Origin: Candidatus Woesearchaeota archaeon
GTDB lineage: Archaea > Nanobdellota > Nanobdellia > Woesearchaeales > UBA583
Length of the DNA stretch: 64,000 bases
NCBI GenBank assembly: GCA_965205335.1
Contig: OZ242164.1
Span: 992,001-1,056,000 of the forward strand
Direction: 5' to 3'
The notes beneath the pieces are model-generated. The model saw only the letters and a list, made by a program, of their open reading frames with translations, was not told where the DNA came from and did no database searches. How positions within the stretch are numbered: the first letter of the stretch is position 1; each line of letters begins with the position of its first letter. Shown one piece after another: positions 40,000 to 51,296 of the stretch. The translations under genes and the position numbers were made by a program.

Positions 40000-41772
40000 T
40001 TAAATCTCTTCACTTGTTTTTTCTCTTCTTACTACTTTTCCGTCTCCTGTATAAAAGTTTAAGATTTGGGGGCGTCTATTTTTGGTGTTAACTAAAACGC
40101 ATTTTCCAATGTCTGGATACATTCCCATTTTTTCTTGGTAATCACTCATTTCAACCCAGCATCCGCACGAGATAATAGAACATCCTTTGTAGTTTTTAAT
40201 AGCTAATTTGTGAGTATGTCCCACTACAAAGAAGTCAGGCATTTTACGAATTACAAGGGGGTCTCTTTGGTTATCAGGAATGTATAGTGTTGAGCCGTGA
40301 GATGGGGCAAGATGTCTTTTTTCAAGTAAATAGGCAACAACCTCTTCTGGAACTTTCGCTCCGCCTTTTTCACGGAGTTCACGGATTTTGTCAGCATAAT
40401 AGAAGATAGAACCCCCATGATATAAGAAGAAGTCAAGTCCTCCACTTGGGTCATCTTGAAATAATTTAATTATTGCCGGGTTGCTTAGCATTAGAACATT
40501 TGGCATATTGTATAGAGCATATGCTTTTTCGTAAGCAATTTTTGGCTGAGGCTCTGATAGTCTGTCTGTATCATGGTTTCCCGGAATTATAATTAAGCAT
40601 TTGTCTTTGGGGATTTGTGAGAACCATCTTGCGGCTTCATGGTACTGTAATTCTGTTGAGAGAATTCTTGCATCCATTCCCTGATTTGGATATATTCCAA
40701 TGCCTTCAATTACATCGCCTGCAACTATTATGTATTTGACTTTTTTGGCTATTTCATTTAGTTTCTTGCTTTTTGTCTGGGAGTTTATAAAGTCAACAAA
40801 TCTTGAAAAGGCATCATCAACAAAGACTTTTGCTCCAAAATGTAAGTCTGAGATAAAGACAACATATTCTTCTTTTTCAGTTTTTTTTAATTCAACAGAG
40901 TTAGGCGGTGATGGGACTATGAATTCATCAACCCATATTATTTCATTTCCTACTTTTCCTTTAACCCCAATGCCTTCGTCAAGACAGAATCTTTGAATTT
41001 GTTTTATCATATCAGTTTTTTCTTTGTTTGTAAAGCATTTAATGGTTCCTGATTTGTCTTCAATTGAAATCATATAATGTCCGTTTTTTGTTTGGGATAT
41101 GTCTGAAATAAGCCCAATTACAGTAACCTGAGAATTTGATCCGTACAAGTCTTTTAGTTTGTCTATTCTAACAATGTTTTCGCTTTGAATTCTGTTTTTT
41201 AAAAGTTCCGTAAAGTACTGGAGTCTTCTGTTAAAGTATAGTGTGAAGTCTGAGACCGTTATTTTTTTTGAGGGTTCAACGTAATCAAACAGAATGTCAA
41301 TTTTAAATTTTTTTGCTTTCTCCAATTTGTCTAAATTGTAATTGAAATTCTCTTTTGGTTTGAATATGCTTAAATCAATAGGATATGATTCTTCTTTTCT
41401 TTCTTTTTGAGGTGTAAGGGAAGTGTCTGTTAATGGTTTTTCATCGTGTAAAACTCCTAATTCGGCTTTGAGAAATCTTATGAAGTTGAGATAGATTTTC
41501 AAAGCTCTTTTGTCTTTGTGATTTTTAAATACTATGTGAAAATCATCCCAGTTTGTTCTTTTTAGTTTTGATAAGTTTTCTTCGTTTAGTTCTATTTCTG
41601 AGAAGATGTTTATTAAGTCTTGATTTAGAAAATCAATGTTAAGTCCTTCTTTTTTTAGTGTGTCAAATTTATTTAGAAAGTCAATTTCTTCGTTTTGGGA
41701 TTTGAATTTGATGTTTCCTAATATCTGAATGTTTTTGGATTCAAATATGTCTAGGATGTTATTTTGTGACAT
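40000..41772 (-). CDS. DNA polymerase D small (proofreading) subunit DP1
   Basis: OB fold plus SDLH, AGDxxEG, PGNHD, YHG, RHLAP, GHTH. Confidence 0.95.
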   Translation of the reverse strand: MSQNNILDIFESKNIQILGNIKFKSQNEEIDFLNKFDTLKKEGLNIDFLNQDLINIFSEIELNEENLSKLKRTNWDDFHIVFKNHKDKRALKIYLNFIRFLKAELGVLHDEKPLTDTSLTPQKERKEESYPIDLSIFKPKENFNYNLDKLEKAKKFKIDILFDYVEPSKKITVSDFTLYFNRRLQYFTELLKNRIQSENIVRIDKLKDLYGSNSQVTVIGLISDISQTKNGHYMISIEDKSGTIKCFTNKEKTDMIKQIQRFCLDEGIGVKGKVGNEIIWVDEFIVPSPPNSVELKKTEKEEYVVFISDLHFGAKVFVDDAFSRFVDFINSQTKSKKLNEIAKKVKYIIVAGDVIEGIGIYPNQGMDARILSTELQYHEAARWFSQIPKDKCLIIIPGNHDTDRLSEPQPKIAYEKAYALYNMPNVLMLSNPAIIKLFQDDPSGGLDFFLYHGGSIFYYADKIRELREKGGAKVPEEVVAYLLEKRHLAPSHGSTLYIPDNQRDPLVIRKMPDFFVVGHTHKLAIKNYKGCSIISCGCWVEMSDYQEKMGMYPDIGKCVLVNTKNRRPQILNFYTGDGKVVRREKTSEEI

Positions 41773-41933
41773 TATTATTTTGTGTCTTTGTGAGTTTATA
41801 AATTTGTTTGTGGATGATTGTTTTTATGGTTTGATGAGAGATGAGAAGTAGGGGATGGGAGAGTGGTTGAATTGTTTATGTGTTTATGTGGTAAATAGTT
41901 GTCTTTATAAATTCCAATGGATTTGCATAAGTA

Positions 41934-42500
41934 ATGAGATTGGATTATTCTTTTTTTGGAAGGGATACTGTTGTAGTGGCAGAGGATTTGGTTGGGAAGA
42001 TATTAGTGTATAATAGTAGGTATGGAGTGATAAAGGGTATTATTAATGAAACAGAGGCTTATTCTCAAGATGAGGAGTCATGTCATTGTTTTGGGGGAAA
42101 GACTAAGGGAAATGAGGTTATGTTTAAGAGTGGGGGACATTTGTATGTTTATTTTATTTATGGGAATCATTTTTGCATTAATATTGTTACAGAGAAAGAA
42201 CATAGAGGTTGCGCTGTTCTTATTAGATCAGTGATTCCTCTTGATGATATGAGTTATGAGATTATGGTTAGAAATCGGAGGAAGGATAAGAATTTATGTG
42301 ATGGGCCTGGGAAACTTTGTATTGCTTATGGGTTTAATAGAGAGCATAATGGAGTTAATCTTTGTGATGAAAGTTCGGATTTATATGTTGAGGATTTGGG
42401 ATTAAAACCAAAGAAGATAGAGAAAACTAAGAGAATTGGCATTAGTAAGGCTGTTGATTTGGAATGGAGATTTGTAGCAAAGGAGTTTGTTTCTTCTTAG
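41934..42500 (+). CDS. DNA-3-methyladenine glycosylase (MPG/AAG family)
   Basis: ETEAY, YVYFIYG, AVLIRS, GPGKL, RIGI. Confidence 0.93.
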   Translation: MRLDYSFFGRDTVVVAEDLVGKILVYNSRYGVIKGIINETEAYSQDEESCHCFGGKTKGNEVMFKSGGHLYVYFIYGNHFCINIVTEKEHRGCAVLIRSVIPLDDMSYEIMVRNRRKDKNLCDGPGKLCIAYGFNREHNGVNLCDESSDLYVEDLGLKPKKIEKTKRIGISKAVDLEWRFVAKEFVSS

Positions 42501-42712
42501 GGTTTTTTGTTATTTCTTATTTGTGTAATAGTTTTGGTTTGAAGTCTAATTTAATTGCTCTTATATACTTATAATCTATTATCAAAATACATAAACAATT
42601 AGAATTCGTGTGTTTCTAACCAAAACATTTAAAAATAATTAAATCATAGTATTTTTTCTAAAGGTACAATAGTAAGGGAGAACAGATATAGTAAGTTCTC
42701 CTATAAAATTTA

Positions 42713-43348
42713 ATGATGCGAGTTCTGATATTGATAGATACTGAGAATTTTACAAGAAGTATTTCTAAGGTGTGTAAAGAAAGGAAACAAAACAGATATA
42801 TAGATTGGCATAAGATTAATTCTTTTGTACTTGATTATTTAGGAAAAAATAGACAGTACGAAAAAGAAAATTTAATACATACAAGAACTTATTATTATAA
42901 TGGTGAGATAACCGATAAATTATTAAAGAAGATAAAAAATGCAGGTGTAGATGAACATATTGAAAAGGCACAAAGAATAAAAAGTAAATCTGAAATTTTT
43001 AGCAAACATACTAAGGATTTTTATTTTTTTGAAGTGAAAAGCAAACCATTGCATTATAGCAAGGAAAAAGGTTTATTTCAAAAGGGAATTGATGTAGAGT
43101 TAGCAGTTGATTTGGTAAAATGGGGGTTTGGAGATTGTTATGATGTTGTAGCATTATTTTCGGGAGATGTTGATTTGCTTGAATCAGTTAAGACAATAAA
43201 AGATTTAGGCAAGCATGTTATAACTTTTTCCTGCGATGGAGTTATGGCACATGATTTGAAGTCTAATGTGGATATGTTTGTGGATTTTTCTAAGTTATCT
43301 GATGAATATTTAGATTTATTTTCTCATATTTTTGTAAAGAGGACATGA
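42713..43348 (+). CDS. NYN domain (LabA/DUF88) putative ribonuclease
   Basis: IDTEN, QKGIDVELAVD, SGDVD. Confidence 0.9.
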   Translation: MMRVLILIDTENFTRSISKVCKERKQNRYIDWHKINSFVLDYLGKNRQYEKENLIHTRTYYYNGEITDKLLKKIKNAGVDEHIEKAQRIKSKSEIFSKHTKDFYFFEVKSKPLHYSKEKGLFQKGIDVELAVDLVKWGFGDCYDVVALFSGDVDLLESVKTIKDLGKHVITFSCDGVMAHDLKSNVDMFVDFSKLSDEYLDLFSHIFVKRT

Positions 43349-43356
43349 TTATAACA

Positions 43357-43484
43357 GGCTCTGTCCGAAAATTCAAGAGAACTTAAAATATTGTATCAAT
43401 AAAGCAACTTTTGACGAATAATTTTTTTCTTTGATTGAATATAGTTAGCATAGATTTTGGAAAAAGCAATTTCCGGACAGAGCC
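43357..43484 (-). mobile_element. 128-bp MITE, copy 3 (inverted)
   Basis: Reverse complement aligns without gaps to copies 1 and 2; no target duplication visible. Confidence 0.9.
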
Positions 43485-43765
43485 TATGTGAAAAAGAAAC
43501 TTAATATAATCTTGTATATTTCATATATAACAAGAGTCCACCATATAAAACTCCATAAGTCTCCAATAACCATAAAGAGCATAATAATACCTACAATTAT
43601 GTCAATAAAGCTAAGTACATCACGACTTGTCAGATAGAAAAAGAGTCCTTTCATCATTGGAAGAGTTGCCCCCACTAATACATATATGGTACTCATATAA
43701 TCTGCAAAGAATAGTACAAGTAATGTGTGTAAGTCTATTAGGGCAAGCAGTTTAACTATTAGCAT
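43484..43765 (-). CDS. Small hydrophobic membrane protein
   Basis: 93-aa hydrophobic ORF with TATA box upstream. Confidence 0.7.
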   Translation of the reverse strand: MLIVKLLALIDLHTLLVLFFADYMSTIYVLVGATLPMMKGLFFYLTSRDVLSFIDIIVGIIMLFMVIGDLWSFIWWTLVIYEIYKIILSFFFT

Positions 43766-43895
43766 AGTATGTACAAGATTATTATTTGATTATAAATTTT
43801 TCTAAGTTAAGTAATTTTATTATTAATGTAGTACTTGCAATAGTAGAAATATTAATCTGGAAAGTTTTTTAAATAAAATTGATTTATGATTATTT

Positions 43896-44444
43896 ATGGG
43901 GAAGAAACCAAAGAATGTTTTAATTGTGGAGAATCAAAGTTGTCCTGTTTGTTCTAAGAAGAAGGCAACTTTTTCTGAGTATGAGGTTGAAGATCCTTTT
44001 GCAGGTGTTATTGCAATTTTTGCTGTAAAGTGTAATTCATGTGGTTTTAAGAATTCAGATATTGAGTTTGCAAATCCCAAGACTCCTGCTCTGTATTGTG
44101 TTGATATTGAGAGTGTTAATGATTTGAATATTCGTGTTATTAAGTCAGGGCTGTGTCAGATTGAAATTCCCGAGTTCAAAGTTAGTGTTGATTCTACAAT
44201 GGAGGGATGTGGATTTATTTCAAATGTTGAGGGTGTTTTAAATAGGTTTAAGAAGCAGGTTGAGTTTTTAATGGAGGATTCTGCTATGGATAATTCTAAG
44301 ATGAAGAAGTTAAATGGTATTTTAGATGGGATCGAAGAAGTTTTTAATGGCACTAGGAAGATAACTTTGAAGTTAGTTGATGATTCAGGGAATTCTGCAA
44401 TTGTTTCTGATAAGGCAAAGGTTAAGAAGTTGAAAAAGTCCTAA
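43896..44444 (+). CDS. ZPR1-family zinc-finger protein
   Basis: CPVC...CNSCGFK, DLNIRVIKS, ISNVEGVL, DDSGNS. Confidence 0.9.
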   Translation: MGKKPKNVLIVENQSCPVCSKKKATFSEYEVEDPFAGVIAIFAVKCNSCGFKNSDIEFANPKTPALYCVDIESVNDLNIRVIKSGLCQIEIPEFKVSVDSTMEGCGFISNVEGVLNRFKKQVEFLMEDSAMDNSKMKKLNGILDGIEEVFNGTRKITLKLVDDSGNSAIVSDKAKVKKLKKS

Positions 44445-44566
44445 GTTTAGTTCAAATTTGAAAGTAAAATATGTAAGTTTGTATGTTTTGTTCTGAGTGG
44501 TTTTTTAGATTTTTACCCAATGGAGTAATAACTAATGTTTAAAAGTTATGTTTTTGGTTACGTTTT

Positions 44567-47210
44567 ATGGATATTAGAAAGGGGCTTAGATATTTTGTTA
44601 TTTTAAGTTTGGGTTTAGTATTTTCTTTATATTCTGTTTATTCTGCTTGCGATACCATTCCTAAAAATATTACTGTTAGGTCAGGTGGGATTGATGTTGG
44701 AACTTTTGGTTTGGATGATCAAGTTTTTGTTAAACCTGATTTTATAAATAGTCCTTTAACGCTTAGTTTTTTGTTTCATGGTTCTCAAAAGGATTGTATT
44801 ACTTCTGATAATATTAAATTTAGGTTAATTCCAGATGCAGGATATGGGCCTTTTGGTTCGGTATCATCAAGTCCGATTAATGAGAATTTGTATGTGTTTG
44901 TGGTAAGTGTTACTATAAATACTATAAGTATTTCAAATTCTATAACTCCTTCTTATAAGGTGACTACTAAGGATGATAGTAGCGGGAGTGGGAGTATTAC
45001 TCTTTTAAAAGATGATATTGGACCTGAGATAACTGTTACTTATGATGAAAAAGATGTCTACTGGGATAATAAGTTGATTGAGTTTGAGATTAGAGTTAAG
45101 GATTCGGGAGCAGGGCTTTCAAGTTTGATTTTGCCGGGGGGAACTTCAGGAATTATAGATTATGAAGGAAATAAGTCTGATGTTGTTGTTTATAATGATA
45201 CTCCAAGCAGTTCAAAAACTTATAAGTTTACAGCAGAGGATGTTTTAGGTAATACTTATGAGAAGAATGTTAGTATTGTTGTTGATTCTGATTCTCCTGT
45301 TATTTCCAATGTAGAGAGTGAGATGAATTTTTATAATTCAAAGAGGTATTTTGATGTCTCTGCAACTGTTTCTGATTCATCTGTTGCTCTTGGCAAGGAA
45401 ATTAATGTTTTTGGGAATTTTTCCCAAGTAAATCCTTCTGCCAATTGGGTGCGTGTAAACTGTCAAAATTTAGCAAGTTCTGAAAATACTCTTAATTGCA
45501 GGTGGAGGATAGAGGTAAGTCTTGATAAGACTTCAGAGGTTATGGTAAAGATTTTTGCAAAAGATGAGTTTGGGCATAATGATTCCATTCATAAAGATTC
45601 TCAGGTGTTTATTGATAATTTAGGACCTCATATTATTGATTTTTATCTTAAGAACAAGTTAGGTGTTAGAAATGTTTTAAGTCCAGAGGATAAGAATGCT
45701 TCTATTGTTGTTAAGTTCAAGGATGATTCTCTGCCTCAAGATATTGAAGGAGATATGAGAAGGTCTGAGAAATTTGGTAAAAGTGGATTTTTCCCCCCAA
45801 ATCCTTCTTGTGATCCTGAGGGAGATGATGTTACATGTGTTTATTTACTGAGAACTGCCCCACGGGCTTATAGGGGTTTTATTTCTTATAGTGATAATTA
45901 CAGTATTACTTTGTATGATGAGTTTAGTAATTCTAATAGTAAGACTTTTTCACTTGAGGTTGATAATGTTGCTCCTGTTATTGATAGAATTGAGTTAGAT
46001 GAGGTTGGTACTGATATTGATGACAGGGTTATAACTTCTGGTGAGAGTATAGAGTTTAAGGTGTATATTAATGATTCTAATTTGGATAGTAACGGGAAGT
46101 ATTTTGTTTTTGGAAATTTTTCAAAGTATTGATCTTTCTGATGACAATGACAGGAGTTGAAGGTAATTGCAAGGCTTGGGATGAGGTTTCGTATGAGTGT
46201 TCTTTTAGCGGCATTAGTGTTGGGAATGGTTATTTTAAGAGAAATGTTTCTTTTTTGGTTTTTGATGCTGCGGGGAATGGAGTTAATGAGATGTATGAGG
46301 TTGAGGTGTTTAAAGTAGGTGATGAGGTTTCAAGTTCTTTTCGAATACCTGATTTGAAGATTTTAAATCCTATTCACAGAGAGCGTATCAGACAATCTTC
46401 TGTTAAGGCATGGTTTAGGGGAAATATTGAGAGAGTTGATGAGACTATGTTTATTGTTAATTATCAGATTAAGGAGTGTGATCTTTCCTTCATTAAATCC
46501 TCTGCTTATTGTAGATGGTCCCAAGTTATTTCCAAATGAGGTTGTTTATTTTGGTGATCAGGAGAATGTTTTTGAGTTTGCTATTGAGTCCCAGTTAGCA
46601 GCACATAATGGATTAGATACTGATTTAAATGATAAGTCAATGGAGTGCACTATGAGTATTTTAAAGAGAGATAATACTACTGTGTACAATAATCCAGAAT
46701 TTGTTAATTTCAGTTTAACATATTCCTTTTATGAAGAATATAGGGGCGGATTGCTTAGAGCACATGCAGAAGATATCTTAAGCGATATAGAAGATGCGGA
46801 GAGATTAGGAGATTTTTTTGATAAAACATGGAAAGTTTACAGATTTTTTGATAATATCTGTTCAGTAATATCCAAAACAACTGGAGTAGTTAGTACTTTT
46901 ACTAATGCTTTAAATGGAGTTTCTATGATTCTTAAAGCATCTGGGGTAAAGTCGTTTTTAGGTATTACTCTTAGCAAGTTAAGTATGAAAACACAGGGAC
47001 CTCTTTCTTGGTTATTTGGCACAAATCCGGTTATCCAGAAAGCATGTGGGTTTGTAACGTGTGAACATGGAGGTTTTATAACTACTAATCGTTTGGCAAA
47101 AACTAAGATTGGAAGTAAAATTTCAAAAGGATTTAATAAGTTTGAAAATGCCTGTGTAGATTTAGTAAGTAATCCAATAACCCCAAAAAAAAAAACGGTT
47201 GAAAGAATGA
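44567..47210 (+). pseudogene. Large secreted Ig-like repeat protein, split by frameshifts near 46130 and 46490
   Basis: Signal peptide, repeated DxxxP and DxxGN beta-sandwich motifs, consecutive overlapping ORFs; breaks may be assembly errors. Confidence 0.65.
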
Positions 47211-47918
47211 TCAATCATAAATATAAATTCTGGAAAGTGAATTTGGTTTTGTTTTTAGTTCTTAGTATGTTGTTAGTTATTCCTTTGAATATGAGTTCTG
47301 CATTTGCCGATGATATAAAAGGAGGTGAAGTGTCTTCTAGAACTTGCAAAATCCCTTTTAATGTTAAGGATTCTCTTGTTATGTCTATTGTAACTTTATG
47401 CATCCCAGGAATTTTAGAGAAAGCACATGAATTGAAGAACAATAAATGCCAGTTAGTTGTATGCAAATATAATGCAGTTCTAAATGATTTAGACCCAGCT
47501 TTTTGTGATAAGCAAGACGCTTACAGGAACTTGTAAATTTGTTTGGGGAGAATTATTTGCAATTCCTCCTGCTAGTATAGTTGAATTTTTCAGAGGGATT
47601 GTTGCAAATATGCACTTGCAGATCCAATAGCTTTTGGATTTAGTGTAGGAGTAACAGTGCTCAGACACAAAGTCACTTCTTGTATATTGGACAGATGATG
47701 CAACTCCACGGTGTAATGTAGGAGCGATTATTTTAGGAATCACAGATATTACAGCGAGTATTCAAAGAATTAAAGGTATTGCAGAATATGGGTTTAGATA
47801 TTTCAATCCTACAAGAGCTGAGTATTGTGAGCAGATTGATGACATAAAAACAGAGATGGAAAAAATAATAAATGCAACAAATAATGAAAACAAATTAGCA
47901 CAAGGAGGAGAAGGCTAA
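47207..47918 (+). pseudogene. Secreted Cys-rich protein, frameshifted
   Basis: Own signal peptide MINHKYKFWKVNLVLFLVLSMLL...AFA; coding-like sequence continues past 47536 in other frames to TAA 47918. Confidence 0.55.
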
Positions 47919-47919
47919 A

Positions 47920-50900
47920 ATGAAAAAAATACTTATTATTACTTTATTTGTTATGATGTTGTGCTTTGGAGTTTAGTTTTTGCTCCAGAGGAGATTAAAA
48001 TTCCAGCTGAACTAAGTACTAAAATTATGGGATTTATGAAAATATCCTGAATACCATCTAACACCGTAATGGTGATAGTTATACATTTAAAGTTACAATT
48101 CAGGAATGATATGTATGGATAAAGAAAAGTAATTAGAGCAGGTAGTTTTTCAGATGCACTTAATCTTTACATGGAAATAGAATTTCTAGATGAAAACATC
48201 GTTATTATAAGCAAAATGAAAGATTTGCGTATTTTGGTGATCGGGGAGAAGAATTTACTATTTAATGCTGAATTCTATGAGAAATAATTAGCGTGAGGCT
48301 ATTCCTCCCATTAAGAACAGCGCAACAGGTAACTGAAACATTATTTTGGTAGTCCTGAGGGATCATTACCAGAAGGGTAACAAATTACTAATAAAGATGG
48401 AAGAAAGTCATGCATTACAGTATAATAGGAAATTTTCTTGTGATGTGAAGGATGGAGATATAAAGAAATATTATTAAGGTACAAGATGGAGAAGAAAGAC
48501 TTAGTACAAACCTATTCCAGTCTGGGTCTGCTGATGGTGCTTCTGATCTTCTGATCTTCTGATCTTCTGATCCTGCTGCTACTGATCAAAATGCTCCTAA
48601 ACCTGCTCCAAAATGGTGTTCCTTCTCAAAATGGTGTTCCTTCTCAAAATGGTGTTCCTTCTCAAAATGGTGTTCCTGATCCTGCTGCTTCTTCCTGCTT
48701 CTTCTGCTCCTAAACCTGCTTCTTCTAGTCTTGATTTTACTATTACTCTACAGTTCAATTAGTAGAAGAGTAGCTAGTTCTGGACCTCTACAGATAGTTT
48801 GTGAACCCAAAAGTCTATGTCAAAGTTGCTAAAAGATTAGAATGCAGGGATCCCAGTGGTTGTGGAGATATTGAATATAGTTTAGAAGATGTAAATGATG
48901 AAGACCTTAAAACCGTTTTTGAAAGAAGAAGCTCTCTTAATACAATTAAAGAAAAAGAAGATTTTTTGAGAGTTTTGAATGAAAATGGAGATTATTTAAG
49001 TGAAAATATTGATGGTGTTTTGGCGGAATTTTATAGTAAGTGTAGAATCTGAAGGGTAAGAAAAGGATTGTTAATTTGAATGGATTATGCTCCAAATTTA
49101 GGGGAGGTAAAATGGATTGTCTGAAAATTTTTATTGAAAAAAACTCAGAACATTTAATATCCAGAATTGGAGATAGAAGTTTTGTTATTGGGCCAGAAAC
49201 TATAGTGAAAATGTTTGAAGAACGAGATTCTAAAAGTTTAAAATTATATGGACATATAGCAAAAGCAGTTTTGGAAAAATACTAATTTTGATAATTTTGA
49301 TGGAGAAGAACTTGAAGCGGTTTATTATAACAGAGAGAAATTATTTCCTGAAGGTGATGAAAGTAATGATATAAAACTTGTGAAAGCTTTGAGTGAAAAT
49401 GGTGTTATTGGAAAGAATCCTGAAATGGTAGGATATGCAATGGATGTAGATGAAAAAGCAGAATCAAATATTATTGATTGGGAGAAAGCATGCCCTAAAG
49501 GGACTAAAGCGAATTGTCTGATTAAAATGGTAGAAAAAAATTCTGATTATGCAGTATCTGTAGTTGAGAATGGAAGATTTAAACCTGATAGAGAAGCTTT
49601 GGCAAAATTAGTTGCATACTCAGGATTTGATCATGAAACAAAACAACTAATCTTCGACGGTATTAATGGGAAACGTTGTAAGGGAATCTGGGGAAAAATT
49701 ACCTGTCTTTTTAAGGATAAATTAATACAACAAGAATTACATAATGAAAATTTTGATGCAGAAATATACAATGTTATAGATAGAAATTCGAAAGTTTCAA
49801 AAAAAATTGATACTTGTTTGGAAGGTGATAAATGTGTGAAAGAAGAAGTGATATGTGAAGAAGGAATGAGTGCTAGTAATTGTCGGGAATCTATTGAAAT
49901 AAAATTATGTCCTCCTACAAAATCTAAAGATGTTTGTGATAAAGCAAATAGGATATTAGATGAAAATCGAAAATTAGATCCTACTAAATTAGTGCAGTAT
50001 AATAAAGATGTAATAAAAGCAAACATAAAGGCTGGAGGAGTTACATGTGAATATGAAGAGGATAAAGATTGTGAAAGGGTTGCTAAAGCGTGCAGTGGAG
50101 ATCCTATTTCATCGGGTTGTAGAGATGCTATGACTTCTTATTGTGAGGTTATGGCCAAGAAAAGAAAAGGGAAAATAGACTGTTCAAAAATAATAGGTGG
50201 ATTAGAAAAAGCTAAGAAAGACCAGTTTGTTGAAACTAATGTTGGTTTTACTATTCTTGATGCTATTCTAAATCCTGACCAAAGTGCTATGGATACAGTC
50301 AGACTCATAGGTGGAATCTTCGGATATGAAGCAGATTATACTTGGCTTCCGAATTGGCTTAAAGAGGATGTAAGTTCATCAATATGCCTCGCTAAAATTG
50401 ATGGATACCTTGATGAAGCAGTTTCTGATGGAAGAGGAGGTCTTACTCAATATGAACGTGAACTTGAAACAGAGCCAAGAACTGGACAACCATTTGATTC
50501 AAATGTGGTTGTAAGAGCAGATCTGAGAGGACAACGCTCACGAATTCTTCCAGATGATTCTGTAAATATCATGTATTCATATTACCTAAGAGCACCTGAC
50601 GATAAAGACTTATTATATAATTTAAGACTTGGTTATATTAAAGATGGAAATAAAGTAATAAAGGATTTATTTAGCGAACCAAGAATTAGAAATCTCTCAA
50701 AAGGCCAAACCGTTTCAGATTTCCAATCAATAAAATTACCACCAATTAATGATTCTGAAGATGTAGACCCAAACTCATTCTCACTTAATTTTAGAGCAAA
50801 ACATAATGATAATAAAATAGTTGATTTAATTGCCCCTATGGTCCTTATAGAAAGTGGAAATACAATCTCAGGCAGAGCTAGAATTTCATCAGGCGGTTCT

Positions 50901-50948
50901 GGTGTAAGTAATCAGGAAAACGCTTACAGTGATTTCTGGGATGATTAA
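47920..50948 (+). pseudogene. Large secreted Cys-rich protein; 5' half heavily frameshifted, last 522 aa open
   Basis: MKKILIITLF start at 47920; fragments 48801-49052, 49076-49285 and 49380-50948. Confidence 0.55.
48540..48677 (+). repeat. Tandem repeats: (cttctgat)x4 and (caaaatggtgttccttct)x about 4
   Basis: Directly visible; the 18-mer encodes a QNGVPS linker. Confidence 0.9.
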
Positions 50949-51080
50949 CCCTTGAAATAATGGTTCACAAGAATTTAGGTGGATTTTAAATTCTTCTATT
51001 TCATAACTGATTCATTGTTTCTTAAAAAGAGTGGATACTATAACAATTAAATGCATTTCTATTAATTACTATTAATAGTA

Positions 51081-51120
51081 AACTGATAGTAATTGATAGT
51101 AATTGATAGTAACTGATAGT
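51081..51120 (+). repeat. Intergenic 10-bp tandem array aa(c/t)tgatagt x4
   Basis: aactgatagt aattgatagt aattgatagt aactgatagt, preceded by degenerate inverted units. Confidence 0.85.
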
Positions 51121-51247
51121 AAAATAATATTTTCCCTTATATGAAAATGTCTTAAAATTCAGGATAGATTTTAGATTGAATTATTAAGAAATATTGTTTT
51201 TCATAGAAGATATTTGATTAAATTTTTATTAAGAACAACCCTAAAAC

Positions 51248-51266
51248 CTTTCGTTTCAAACGAAAG
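51248..51266. promoter_or_regulatory. Perfect palindrome abutting a TATA box (putative operator)
   Basis: ctttcgttt-c-aaacgaaag immediately before aTTTATATA of the 51297 gene. Confidence 0.6.
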
Positions 51267-51296
51267 ATTTATATATAAATTAATACATTACATTGT

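Noticed and set aside
39926-42550. Shared ttttggtttgaagt downstream of two genes (near 39926 and 42532)
   Set aside because: Short and low-complexity in T/G-skewed DNA; could be chance or a generic terminator
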